Program-made: the position numbers and the translations under genes | From: Octopus bimaculoides | Taxonomy: Eukaryota | Assembly (NCBI RefSeq): GCF_001194135.2 | Contig: NC_068990.1 | Location: 69,433,860-69,497,859 of the forward strand | Length of the DNA: 64,000 nucleotides | Direction: 5' to 3' | Shown here: positions 48,426 to 59,825 of the stretch, piece after piece | How positions within the stretch are numbered: position 1 is the first letter of the stretch | Layout: each line of letters begins with the position of its first letter | The notes under the pieces: model-generated | The model's input: the letters and a program-made list of their open reading frames with translations, nothing else | The model's database searches: none | Told to the model about the DNA's origin: nothing

Positions 48426-49274
48426 CACACATCTTCACTATCTAGGAATAAGTCACCTGATGATGATCAGAGATCAGACTGATTGAAGATGAAATTAATA
48501 GTCAAGAAAACTATTTTATGTTGGAAAATATTGGTTAGAATCCTATAAACTGTCTTATTCACCTTCTTTAGCAAAAATGTCTCTCTGCGACCCAGTGTAA
48601 CAATGGATATATTCACATTCTGACAATCAAATACCATATTGCCATAAAACGATCAAATGATGGTTTTATGGCATTATGGGATGCCACTAAGTTACATGTG
48701 CATTTCTGTTTCTTTAGCCTTAAAACAAAGAAACCATCCTTAGTCAAAACAGTTGGTTAATTCATTGGGTGCAGAACTTTGAAAATCCAAACAATAACAT
48801 AGCTATTCATTCTTAATACATTCTACCAGATTCAAATGTGAATATCTGATTGTGCTTTTTTTTAATTCATTGGTCCAGTGGGATAACTTTGACTGAAGAA
48901 ACACAGAGGTGTCATAAAGTTCCAAACATCAGTGAATCCCGTGTTATGAACAGACATTGTCAAAAGGGAAGAGACGTTTTCAGATGACAAAATAACAGCA
49001 CCAAGCAGATATTCATGCTCAAATCTGCTTGAATATATTAAGTGTAAATAAGTATGTTATGCATCAATTAATTAGTTGTAGGAAATGTATTTTAGCTATT
49101 TAAGAAAAAAGGAGTACTATCATCAGCAGGAATGAAATATTCTGAAATAATTAATTCAAACTAACATTAAATTAATTTATGTTAAAACAATTAAACCTAT
49201 TTATGTGAGATTAATGTTAGAATTGTGTGAATTAGCTCAGAAGGGATCGCACTAATGTTCTCTTTCATTTTTAG

Positions 49275-49350
49275 ATGCCTATTAAATGGTTGGCCCTTGA
49301 GTGCATCCAGCACAGGATATTTACTCATAAAAGTGATGTATGGAGTTATG
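49275..49350 (+). CDS. EGFR: EGFR exon 20, kinase subdomains VIII-IX
   Basis: tag|ATG...G|gtaag; MPIKWLALECIQHRIFTHKSDVWSY(G). Confidence 0.95.
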
Positions 49351-50032
49351 GTAAGTTTGATTAATATGCGTGTATGTGAACAATCATGTTTTGCATTTAT
49401 TTTAGAGTGTTACCTGACATATGATGGAAAACTTTGGAAATGTACTTTTCCACAACAAGTGATACCAAGAAATATGGCATCTATAAACTTTTATCAACTT
49501 TCCATGCTAGCATTAATTGGATGCATTTCCTCTGTTTGGAGTCAGCACTTATTCAGGTGTACTGCTCACCTAGACAAGCTGGAGGACCCCATCTTGTTCG
49601 TGTGTTTCATTTTTGGCTTGGTGCCTATGGCTGGATGCCTTTTCTAACACCAACCACATTACACAGTGTACTAGGTGCATTTTTTCGTGGCACCAGCACT
49701 AGCGAATTGTTATATTGTTAACAAGACTAATGAGTCCTCACAACCTTACACATTACAGAGTATAGTGAATATGTGTTTTTGGTGGCACCAGCACTTGAGG
49801 GGTAGCCATGTCCATGACATATATAAAAGTAGCTCATAGCCCTGCATATGTCTGCTCACTCACCAACCTCTTTGCAGAGTAACTGATATGAATGATAGAA
49901 GTATGAAAGATAAAGATGTATGATGTTGGGGATGAGTTGAGTGATAGGGTTACTCAGTATCCTTACATTTCTTGTTAATTATCTAAATACCATTTGCCTT
50001 TCAGTGTTTGCTTGTTATTTTTTTTTTTTCAG

Positions 50033-50179
50033 GGGTCACTGTCTGGGAGCTGTTTACGTATGGCCAGCGACCCTATGAAAATGTCCGAGCAGCACATGTA
50101 CCAGACTTGCTAGAGAAAGGAGAACGTCTACCACAGCCAAACATTTGCACAATCGATGTCTACATGATAATGATTAAAT
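50033..50179 (+). CDS. EGFR: EGFR exon 21, kinase C-lobe
   Basis: cag|GG...T|gtgag; [15 protein letters not shown]...[24 protein letters not shown](C). Confidence 0.95.
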
Positions 50180-51378
50180 GTGAGTGATGTCCTCTCTTAA
50201 TTCCTTTGTACTTTAAACTGAAGATGTCTGCTAAATCTCTTCTCAAAATCCCTCTCTCTAGTCATTTAGTATATCTTGCCCCTAATTATTTGCTCATTAA
50301 ACATGTGATTATAACATGGCTTCTAAGGAATAAATGTGAAGTCCCCTTTCAACTGTTTTGCATATTAAACTGAGTTTCTCTACTGGGCTCTATTCAGTGC
50401 TTCCAATTCCCATGTCTTCAGGTTTATCTTGCATGCTTTCAAGAACAACATTATATTTAGAATACAGAGAAATCTACCTCTCTATCTATTTATTTCAACC
50501 GCCCTGTCTTGTTTTATCATCGTGCATGTACACAGACATAAAAAGAGCTAACGTATGTAAGTGTGTGTATGTATGTATCTAACTATTTCTGACTTTGAAG
50601 CAGCCAAAATTAACACTCCGAAGGAGAAAAGCACCCAGTTTAGAGTTGGGTTCACTCTACCCTCAAAGGATTACAGCAATGTCTGCAACCGAATGTGCAA
50701 ATCCCAAATTGGTCTGAATTCTCTTCTATAATTACTGAATGAAAGAGAACGTTAAAGTAAATGTTGGTAAATAAAATAATGATAATGATGATGGTGGTGG
50801 TGGTGGTGGTGATGATGGACACCTTAACACAACTATTTTACAATGATGTAATCTATATCTTTATTATTCTGCATTTCAAAGTACTAAAATTGTTGTTAAG
50901 AGGCTTTCAAAATTGTGTGTGTGTGTGTGTGTGTGTGCGTGCATGTGTGTGAGTGTGTTTGTGTGTGTATTTTCCTCTCAATTAAGGCACATGGTCTTGT
51001 GGTTAGGTTGTTGCAGCTTCAAATCCTAGTTTCAAATCATAGTAATGGTTTCAAATCCTAGACTGAGTGGTGCAATCATGTTTTTGAGCAAAACACTTCA
51101 TTCCAACCCATTCAACTCTAAATAAGTACCTGCCACCCTTTCTCAAAATTTCAGGCCTTGTACCTATAGTTGGAAGGATAATTACCGAATTGTCACTACT
51201 GCCGTAGTTAGAGTGTGTGCCGCCTGGACCCCATAAAAAACACATATTTCCTACAGCAACAGCCTACAACAGGATGAAAAGTGCTGCCTGGGGCAGACCA
51301 CCCCTACAGCCCCCACTAGCTACGCTAGAATTGTCACTGATATTTAACCCTTTTATTACCTAATTTCTGTTGAAAGAC

Positions 51379-52525
51379 TGTTATATCCTTAAAATGTTGG
51401 ATTGTTATAATGCCCACTTTGGTATACAGTATACTTAGTAAAACCAGTAAAGACATGACTGTCTCTGACCACCTACTTCATGTACTTCCCTTTAGGTTAT
51501 TCCATTCGTCATGTGGTAAGGGTGTACCATTATTACTAATTCCCTACATCTTCCCTTTTAAGTTTTTCTTAGGAAGTGTAATTTTATTTAGTAAAAATTT
51601 CTTTATTCACCCCACCTCACTTTTTTGAGTTTTTTTCTGTACAATTTAATAATTTTTGCATTTGGCGTCTATTTTCAGGAACTCTGTTTTCTTTTCCTCT
51701 CACTTGTATGCCTAGGTTTAAACACCTACAGTGATGTTGGTACTTGGAATGTATCATACAACCATTCCGTCAATTCCTCCAACTTCTTTTGTTCACTTTC
51801 CACAAACCTCTTTTTCAGTTGGTTCCTGTGTCTCTTTTGTACGCCTTTTCTACTTTTTACCCAATACATCATTTTACCTATGCATTTGGTAATTACGCCA
51901 TCTTCCCAACTCTGCTTTCCATTCTTGTATGCCCTCTTCACAGAATCTTGCTATGTCTTTCCTGGCACTTTTTCTTTTCTTACCAGGTAGCAATATATCA
52001 AAGGCTGATTTTATTTTCCTTGCAAACATCAGCTCCACTGACGAGCTACCTGTTGGTGTATTCAGACTTGGTGTCACACAGTACTCTTAAAAATTGTTGT
52101 AGATCTACCTCATCCATGACTTCCTTATTCAATTTTCTAAGGGCTCCTTTGAAGGTATTGATAAAGTGTTCTGCCTTTAGATCTGGGGTGGTATGGTGCA
52201 GTAGTTATATATTCTACTGTGAATATTTCACTAAATTTTTTAAAAATTTGTTAGACAAAAATTTTATTCTAATGTCAGACACTATCTTATCTGGGATGCC
52301 AAATCTTAGTCTTTTACTTGTTTCAGTCACTTGACTGTGGCCATGCTGGAGCACCACCTTTAGTCTAAGAAATCGACCCCAGGACTTATTCTTTGTAAGC
52401 CTAGTACTTATTCTATCGGTCTCTTTTGCCGAACTGCTAAGTTACAGGGACGTAAACACACCAGCATCGATTGTCAAGCAATGTTGGGGACAAACACAGA
52501 CACACAAACATATATACACACACAA

Positions 52526-52565
<40 letters not shown>

Positions 52566-53402
52566 GTACATATATACGATGGGCTTCTTTCAGTTTCTGT
52601 CTACCAAATCCACTCACAAGGCTTTGGTCGGCCCGAGGCTATCGTAGAAGACACTTGCCCAAGGTGCCAGGCAGTGGGAATGAACCCAGAACCATGTGGT
52701 TGGTAAGCAAGCTACTTACCACACAGCCACTCCTGTGCCTAATTTTGCAAATAATTCATGTAAAAAATTTATCACAATTGAGGAGGTTGGTTTTTTTACA
52801 CTTGCAAATTTCAAGTCATTTCGAAAAACTATCAAATACTACTAAGTAGTATGAACTGTTTGAAGGACCAGCAAAATCAATGTGTAGTCTCGACTATGGA
52901 ACATCTACTTTTGAACAATGTTTACTTTTTATTATGGGTAATTTTTTATTTCAAACCTTTGACTGAACCAAAACACTTGTGGGCATATTCCCTACTTCGA
53001 ATAGTTCCATTCACTCTGTGCCGAATAAATTAAGTGAACTTTTTAACACATATATCTTTGCCTTTTTCATTTGATTTCAAAATGTTACATTACATACAAA
53101 TTCACCAGTAAAATATCTTTTTCCTGAGACACCATATGCTACCTTTTCCAACTTAATTAATTTCGGCTAACTGATATATTTCCAAGTTTTTTTTTATTTC
53201 TAATGATGATATCACTTTCAGTGTCTAATTTCATTTTAACACTTATATTTCTGATTTTCACCTTCTTGAATCTTCTCATCGTTATGTTACCAATTTCTTC
53301 TGAAGTACTCTGGTACTTCACATACTTCTCTTTTCTTACAGTGACTAAGTTATTCCATTTGTCACATGGGAGGAAGTGTACCATTATTATTAATTCCCTA
53401 CA
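51379..53402 (-). mobile_element. Ty3/Gypsy LTR retrotransposon relic (protease and integrase, two LTR remnants)
   Basis: LTR starts TGTAGGGAATT at 53402 and 51548; PPT AAAAGGGAAGA before the 3' LTR; VKMKLDTESDI protease; RLHIDFAGP...FGIPDKIVSD...APYHPRS integrase. Confidence 0.85.
52310..52740 (-). mobile_element. SINE family B, young copy inserted into the Gypsy integrase
   Basis: Splits the LFAK|FGIP integrase sequence. Confidence 0.85.
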
Positions 53403-53720
53403 ACAAATATACTGCCTTTATTTTATTTAATTTTTAAGATAACAAAGTATTTAGTTAAGTAACTTTGTTATTATTAAACTGGTGTTCGGAAAATAAATAA
53501 CACAATGTTTTGATGGCAGGTTTATTTTAGATGAATTTAAATTCTGAATTTTATATCATAGAACCAAGGCTGGTCTCAGGTAGGTTGGTATTTCAGGGTT
53601 AACCAAAAGATTGCATTTTCCAAAGATGTCATTGTTTACATGTTCTATAAGCAATATAAAATAAAATGATAAAATAAATAAAAATAGTAAGTACCAACTC
53701 GTTTCAATTGTATTTTTCAG

Positions 53721-53818
53721 GCTGGATGCTGGATGCTGAAAGCAGACCATCTTTTAAAGAATTAGAGGCTGAATTTGGTAAAATGTCAAGAGATCCTGGA
53801 CGTTATTTGGTCATTGAA
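53721..53818 (+). CDS. EGFR: EGFR exon 22, end of kinase
   Basis: cag|GC...GAA|gtaag; [32 protein letters not shown]. Confidence 0.95.
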
Positions 53819-54167
53819 GTAAGTCACTATATTTACCCTTTGTCAGACATGTTTTTACAGAAGATTGGAAATGAATGACAGTGATGCCCATTTGCAAGGT
53901 GCCACACAGTAGGACTGAACCCCAAATCATGTGGCTTGGAATGAATCTTGTTAACCACAAAGAAACACCTGCACTCATGTACATTTCAAATTTTAATTCC
54001 ACATGAGTGTATCAAAGTTTCTGCTGCACTTTCTTACAAGGGATTCCATTATTTTCATTATTTTAAACTCTGTTCACTTTAGCTTCTACACTGCCCACAA
54101 ATCTAGCAAGGTGACTGCTTCTGGCATTAAAATCCTGGATACTAGAATAAAGAAATATAGAACATAT

Positions 54168-54603
54168 AAATAGAGCAACAGAGGCAGTATTAATACTTGA
54201 AAGGTAAAACATTCACCACTTAAAAGAGGATGTTGTATTAGAACACACACATACTGCAATATTTACCAAGAGAGAAACCTCTCATTTGGTGCATAAAAGC
54301 ATACACCTATCACCAGTGACAAACAATCAGCACTACTTCCACTGCCAGGACCACCAGATCACATGATTTCATCCTCTACTGGCTTTGTCAATAGTAGACT
54401 CCTGATTGCATTCAAAAATAGAGCAACAGCGGCATTATTAATACTGATAGGTAAAATACTCACCACTTAAAAGTGAATGTTGTGTTAGAACACACAAATA
54501 CTGCAATATTTACCAAGAGAGAAAACCTCTCATATGGTCATTTGATGCATAAATGCATACCATAACTATCACCACTACTTCCACTACCTGATCATGTGAT
54601 TTT
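54168..54603. repeat. diverged tandem duplication, period about 248 bp
   Basis: TAGAGCAACAG at 54171 and 54419; shared ACTGCAATATTTACCAAGAGAGAAA and ACTACTTCCACT blocks. Confidence 0.85.
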
Positions 54604-55066
54604 GGAACAAATATAATTTTCTAAGATTAGCCTTTGGCTAACATAGTGAGCAGCAGCATTGCTGATGGAATTGCTATTCCAGGATGCCACTACAGTGCCG
54701 TCCTGCATAACTTTCAAAGAGATTAAAACAAAACGGATTACTTGTATATGACTTGACTTGCTGTTCTGAGTAATATGTTTAGTAGAATAGCTACCACTCT
54801 GTGATCTGTTGAATCCTTTCTCACAACTGATGTTACCCCTCCCACCAAGGCACAGTGTAGTGCAGGCTTTGTCTTACCTTCTATATCAATTGTTTCTCCA
54901 ACACTTGATTGACATTCTGCCAAAGTTGCTCTGTTTTTCAGCACGTGGACATAGGTGACCTTGGTTTCATAGAGCAATGCACTTACACTCTCCCTGCCAT
55001 TAATGACACCAACTTTACTCCTGAACAAAGACAATGACACCCTTATTTTTTATGGGTTTTTTTTAG

Positions 55067-55243
55067 GGAGATAAACTGATGCGACTTCCAAGTTTAACAT
55101 ATGACAAAAGGGATTTACTCCAGAGCTTAAGTTTAGCAACTGAAGGTCCCGAAGAACTTGTAGAAGCAGAAGATTATTTGATGCCACAGTCATCTCAAGC
55201 GGCAGCAGATAGCAATGGAGACAACAACAACGATGGCTCAAAG
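55067..55243 (+). CDS. EGFR: EGFR exon 23, proximal C-tail
   Basis: tag|GGA...AAG|gtagg; GDKLMRLPSLTYDKRDLLQSL...ELVEAEDYLMPQ... Confidence 0.93.
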
Positions 55244-55487
55244 GTAGGAATCTTATTTTCTAAAGACTTACTTTTTCAGGAAAACTTGGCATTTCTTTTA
55301 ATTTTTCATAGACATTTTTATTTCTGATCTTTAAATTGGTTTAATATTTATTTGATGTCTCAGTAATCCTCTGACTCATTTGCTCCTCTCAAACCATCTA
55401 AGCCATGCCAGCAAGAATGTGGACATAAAATAATGATGATGATGATGGTGATTGTTGTTATTTAATGGTGCTGTTTTTAAAATGTGT

Positions 55488-55808
55488 GAAGGCACGTGGC
55501 TTACTGGTTAGGGTGTTCGGCTTATGATCATAAGGCTGTGAGTTCAGTTCCTGATGTTGTGTAGTGTCCTTGAGCAAGACACTTTAATTTGCATTTTTCT
55601 AGTCCACTCAGCTGGCAGAAACGAGTAGTACCTGTAATTCGAAAGGCCAGCCTTGTCACATTCTTTGTCCTGTTGAACCTCCCTGAGAACTATGTTAAGG
55701 GTATGCATGTCTGTGGAGTGCTCAGCCACTTGCACATTAATTTTACAAGCAGGCTGTTCCATTGATTGGATCATCTGGAACCCTAGTCATAAACGACGGA
55801 ATGCCACA
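55488..55808 (+). mobile_element. SINE family C
   Basis: tRNA-like head, GTGTCCTTGAGCAAGACACTTT block, tail ending ACGGAATGCCACA. Confidence 0.8.
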
Positions 55809-56261
55809 TATGTTAAAATACATTTTGTATGAAGTACCATTTTATTCAAAGTGGTGGTGGCAGCGGAGGAGGTGGTGCCACCACTCCATCACTCCTGCTG
55901 ACTCTAACTACTAACAGGGTTTCTCTTACACATGCTAATACTGACAGTGTATCTCCCACAGACAAATAATACTTACCCTGTCTCTCTTGTAGATACTAAC
56001 ACTTGAGGATCCGCTAGTGTTGACAGTATCATTGACAGTCTCATAGTCTCCATTGTCTGTTCTTGTAAACTCCAACATAAATAATGTCCCTCTGGCAGAC
56101 ACATGAATGATGTTCCTCTTGTACACATCATATTTATGGAAGTCCTCTCATAGCAGACAGGATATTGATAGTGTCTTTATAAATGCTGACAATGACATCT
56201 GATAAACCCTGAAATGTGCAATAATCTCAAAATCCATTGAATATTACATATTTATTCATTC

Positions 56262-56320
<59 letters not shown>

Positions 56321-56324
56321 CGTT

Positions 56325-56426
56325 CAGTAGTTTTATTTTTATAACGTGCTTTCACTTCACTACCAAGCGTAGCTCTGTGTGCCTTGGGTATGTGCTGTGG
56401 TTTGCTGTGATGCTCTTATGGTTACT

Positions 56427-56431
<5 letters not shown>
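56325..56431 (-). mobile_element. 107-bp 5'-truncated copy of the Dong-like LINE 3' end, inside (ATT)n
   Basis: 5 mismatches versus 981-1087; (ATT)n on both sides. Confidence 0.9.
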
Positions 56432-56460
<29 letters not shown>

Positions 56461-56589
56461 CGTTATTATTATTTATAATAATTTCTTCTGCTTTCAGTTT
56501 AGTTTCCATTTCTTGTTAAGTGTCTTCCCACTGTATACATTGGTAGGCAATTAAAATAAACACACCTTGTTCATTTACAAATTCAAGTT

Positions 56590-56934
56590 AAAAGGGTAAA
56601 GGGTAGAGATCCCCTTCAGTCATGAATGACCATGGGATTGCACCTAGAAGGTTACCCTCTGAGGCAAAAGTCAGGGCAGGGTTGTTTGTGGAAGGCCAGC
56701 AGTCACCCATGCATACCAGACTCCCCTCCCCACTGATGTTACCTGAGAGAAAAACAAAGGCTGATACAGCTTGGCACCAGTGACGTTGCAACTCATTTCT
56801 ACAGCTGAGTGAACTGGAGCAACGTGAAATAAAGTGTCTTGCACAAGAACACAACACACAGCTCTGTCTGAGAATTGAACTCACTACTTCATGATTGTGA
56901 GCCTGATGCTCTAACCACTGAGCCATGTGCTTTC
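56590..56934 (-). mobile_element. SINE family D
   Basis: Family C/D head with family D tail. Confidence 0.8.
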
Positions 56935-57000
56935 ACAAAGTCAAGACATGTGAAAGAAAAAATGGAAAAAAAAAGAAAAAAGAGAAAAAAAACTTTTTTA

Positions 57001-57001
57001 A

Positions 57002-57050
<49 letters not shown>

Positions 57051-57051
57051 G

Positions 57052-57094
<43 letters not shown>

Positions 57095-57100
57095 CATTAT
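57001..57100. repeat. (ATT)n microsatellite
   Basis: Direct reading. Confidence 0.95.
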
Positions 57101-57101
57101 T

Positions 57102-57318
57102 AAGGTGGCGAGCTGACAAAATTACCAACATGCCAAGCACAGAATGCTTAGCAGTGTTTTGTCTGTCTTAATGTTTGAGTTTAAATGCTGCTGATGTCAA
57201 CTTTGCCTTTCATTCTTTCAGGGCTGATGAATTAAGTACCAGTGAAACACTGGGGTCGATGTAATCGACTGGTCCCCTCCCATCAAAATTCCAGGCCTTG
57301 TGCCTTTAGTAGAAAGGA
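57102..57318 (+). mobile_element. SINE family A
   Basis: AAGGTGGCGAGCTGACAAA head and central block. Confidence 0.75.
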
Positions 57319-57327
57319 TTATTATTA

Positions 57328-57696
57328 CTTCTACCTTAGCAAAGGCGGAGGTAATGTTTTCAGTCATGTTTGTTTGTTTGTTTGTTTGTCCGTGGACAAG
57401 ACATTTCAAGAAGTGCTGGATGGATTTGGATGAAACTTTCAGAAATGTTTGGCCTCGTGGCTGGCACGAATTGATTAGATTTTGAGATTGATCCAGTACT
57501 GGACAGTGATTCTGGATTATTTTTCCGGATTTTTTACTTAATTTTTGGGAGCAGTCGGGTTCATTTTTAGTATTCTGTTTGTGAGAGCAGTCAAGTTTAT
57601 TTCAGATATTCTCATTTTAAAATCATTTCTGGCTAATCGTTGAGAAGATGTTGGTGTTGCCTTCGCAGAGGTTTGTGCTCTCTGAGTGTTCTTGTT
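57328..57696 (+). mobile_element. Helentron-type non-autonomous element (HINE/DINE-1-like)
   Basis: 5' ACCTTAGCAAAGGCGGAGGT, internal (GTTT)n, 3' GCCTTCGCAGAGGTTTGTGCTCTCTGAGTG hairpin end; sits in TT context. Confidence 0.65.
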
Positions 57697-57773
57697 ATTA
57701 TTATTATTATTATCATTATTATCATCATCGTCATTATTATTTTCTATGACATTCATCTCATTCCCTTTTGCAG

Positions 57774-57993
57774 ATAGCTTCAGGAAATTCTCCAGAAGAT
57801 GTCTTTCACACAGATGTCGGCATTGAAAAACAAAATGAACTTGATAACAGACGTCGAGAAAAACGTTATGGCCATCTTGAATCAGCAGCAGCAGCTCGAC
57901 ATCAACGACAGATGAATCCCCATCACAGGGGCCGTGAAGACAGCATTAATTCTCGTTATAGCACTGATCCTATTAAATATTCAAGAGACAGAG
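57774..57993 (+). CDS. EGFR: EGFR exon 24, C-tail
   Basis: cag|ATA...G|gtatt; IASGNSPEDVF...REDSINSRYSTDPIKYSRDR; phase 0-1. Confidence 0.88.
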
Positions 57994-58813
57994 GTATTTA
58001 TAAAGAAAATATATTCATGTAAATAAGCACATTGCATAAGGTTTTGGCATGTTGCCAGGAGAATTCTTTGATACAGTTTTTGGATTACTGAAAGTTATCT
58101 TGTTTTGAATTCTTCTGTTTTGTTATTTTTTTTTTTAAATTGACATAATTGTGAGTTCTTCAAACATGGAATTCCACTTATTTCTTGAATATGTAAATGA
58201 CACCAGTTTTCTCCAATGCGTTGCAGACAGTTACTTTTACAAACAAATATGTGTGCATATGTGCTTACTTATTTGTTGGTTTGTTTGTTTGTTTGTGTGT
58301 ATCATCATCATCATCATCATCATCAACGTTTAATGTCCATTTACCATGCTGGCATGGATTGGATGGAATAACAGGAAATGGCAAGGCCAAGGGTTGCACC
58401 AGGTTCCATGTTTTAGCTTGATTTCTACAGTTGGGTGCCCTTCTTAATGCCAACCACTTCAAAGAGTGTACTGGGTTTTTTTTACGTGGCATCAGCACTC
58501 ATAATTTGACAAGTTTGACTCAGTGTATTAGTTGAAGCTTCTTAGACATAAATCATCTAATTTATCAAATGTCTTGGCATCAGTCTATTCAATCAAGGAT
58601 GTATTTTAGTCTTGTCAGTAACAATGTGACCTTACTAGTGTTAGTCCCGCTCTGTAAAGTGATTGGCATTATGAAGGGCATTCAGCCATAGAAACCATGC
58701 CTCCTAAAACTGAGACATCATAACAACACATGGTCCTCTAACCCAATAAATTCTCTCAAATTCTGGCCAGCATGGAAAGTGGGAGTGGCTGTGAAATGAT
58801 AATTATATATATA

Positions 58814-59825
58814 CAAGGGGGTGCCCAAAAGTAACCAGAAACGTTCTGTGGGATTGTAGTTCAGGTTTCTGCCACTTGATGCGACCCTCAGGTATCAGTC
58901 TGCTGACCGACATCTTCATGTGAGGCCGTTTTTGTTTTGCAGTACTTCTCCCATGTTCATCAATTTTTGCGATAGCTGAAACAAAGGAACAACATACTTT
59001 TGTGAAATTCTGTTTTCTGCTGGGGAAAACGTCAACCAAAACAGTTCTCATGCTTTAAACAGCTTACAGGGACACTGCCATGAGTGGTTTTCACATGTTA
59101 GTAATGGTCACTTGTTGCTTGAAGACCAACCTCATTCAGGGCAACTGTCGACCTCCCATACAAATGAAAACATCACAAAAGTTCGTAAACTTGGAGGACC
59201 ATTGTCAAACAATTGACAAACTTGTTGATATGATTGGTGTATTCTGGAGTTTCTCCCAATGAATTTTGAGTGACGAATTGTGAATGAAAAGAATTGCAGC
59301 AAATTTCTGCCTCACTTGTTCATGAAAGATCGATCAAAAGCAGTCTTGACTGAATACATGTCATGAACTGAAAGAACAGTTGGAAGTTGATCCAGACCTT
59401 TTTTCAAAGGTCATCACTGGTGACAAAAGCTGGTGCTATAGCTATGACCCAGAAACAAAGCAGCAATTAAGTCAATGGAACCATTCAATGTCACTATGCC
59501 CCCCCCCCACCACCACCACCACCACCACCAAAAGTGCATTAAGTGAAGTCCAAAGTCATCACAATGCTGATTTGTTTTATTGATGCAAAAGGAATTGTCC
59601 ACACAGCAATTGTTCCTGCTGGTCAAACTGTTAACCAGACATTTTACTTGGCAGTTCTGAAGTGTCTGCAAGACAGGGTGAGACAAAAATGCCTCGACCA
59701 GTGACCAAGTGGAGCGTGATGGTTTCATCACAACAATGCACCTTCACACACCGCCTTGAGTGTGAGACAGTTTTTAACCAAAAATGGCATGACCCCATAT
59801 ACCCACCATCCCTATTCACCCAGTC
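58814..59825 (+). mobile_element. mariner transposon, decayed and 3'-truncated
   Basis: TA|CAAGGGGGTGCCCAAAAGTAACC end; FVKFCFLLGKT, KVITGDKSWCYSYDPETKQQ, DAKGIVH...GQTVNQTFY motifs. Confidence 0.85.

Noticed and set aside
54738-55040. 100-aa minus-strand ORF as a retroviral-type protease (VINGRESVSALL)
   Set aside because: It lacks the catalytic D(T/S)G motif and has no LTR-element context; kept only as part of the antisense-exon hypothesis.
56875-57171. Poly-Leu/Ile/Asn ORFs and the many 60-130 aa ORFs over SINEs and (CA)n/(TA)n tracts
   Set aside because: Low-complexity translations of microsatellites and non-coding repeats with no domain signal.
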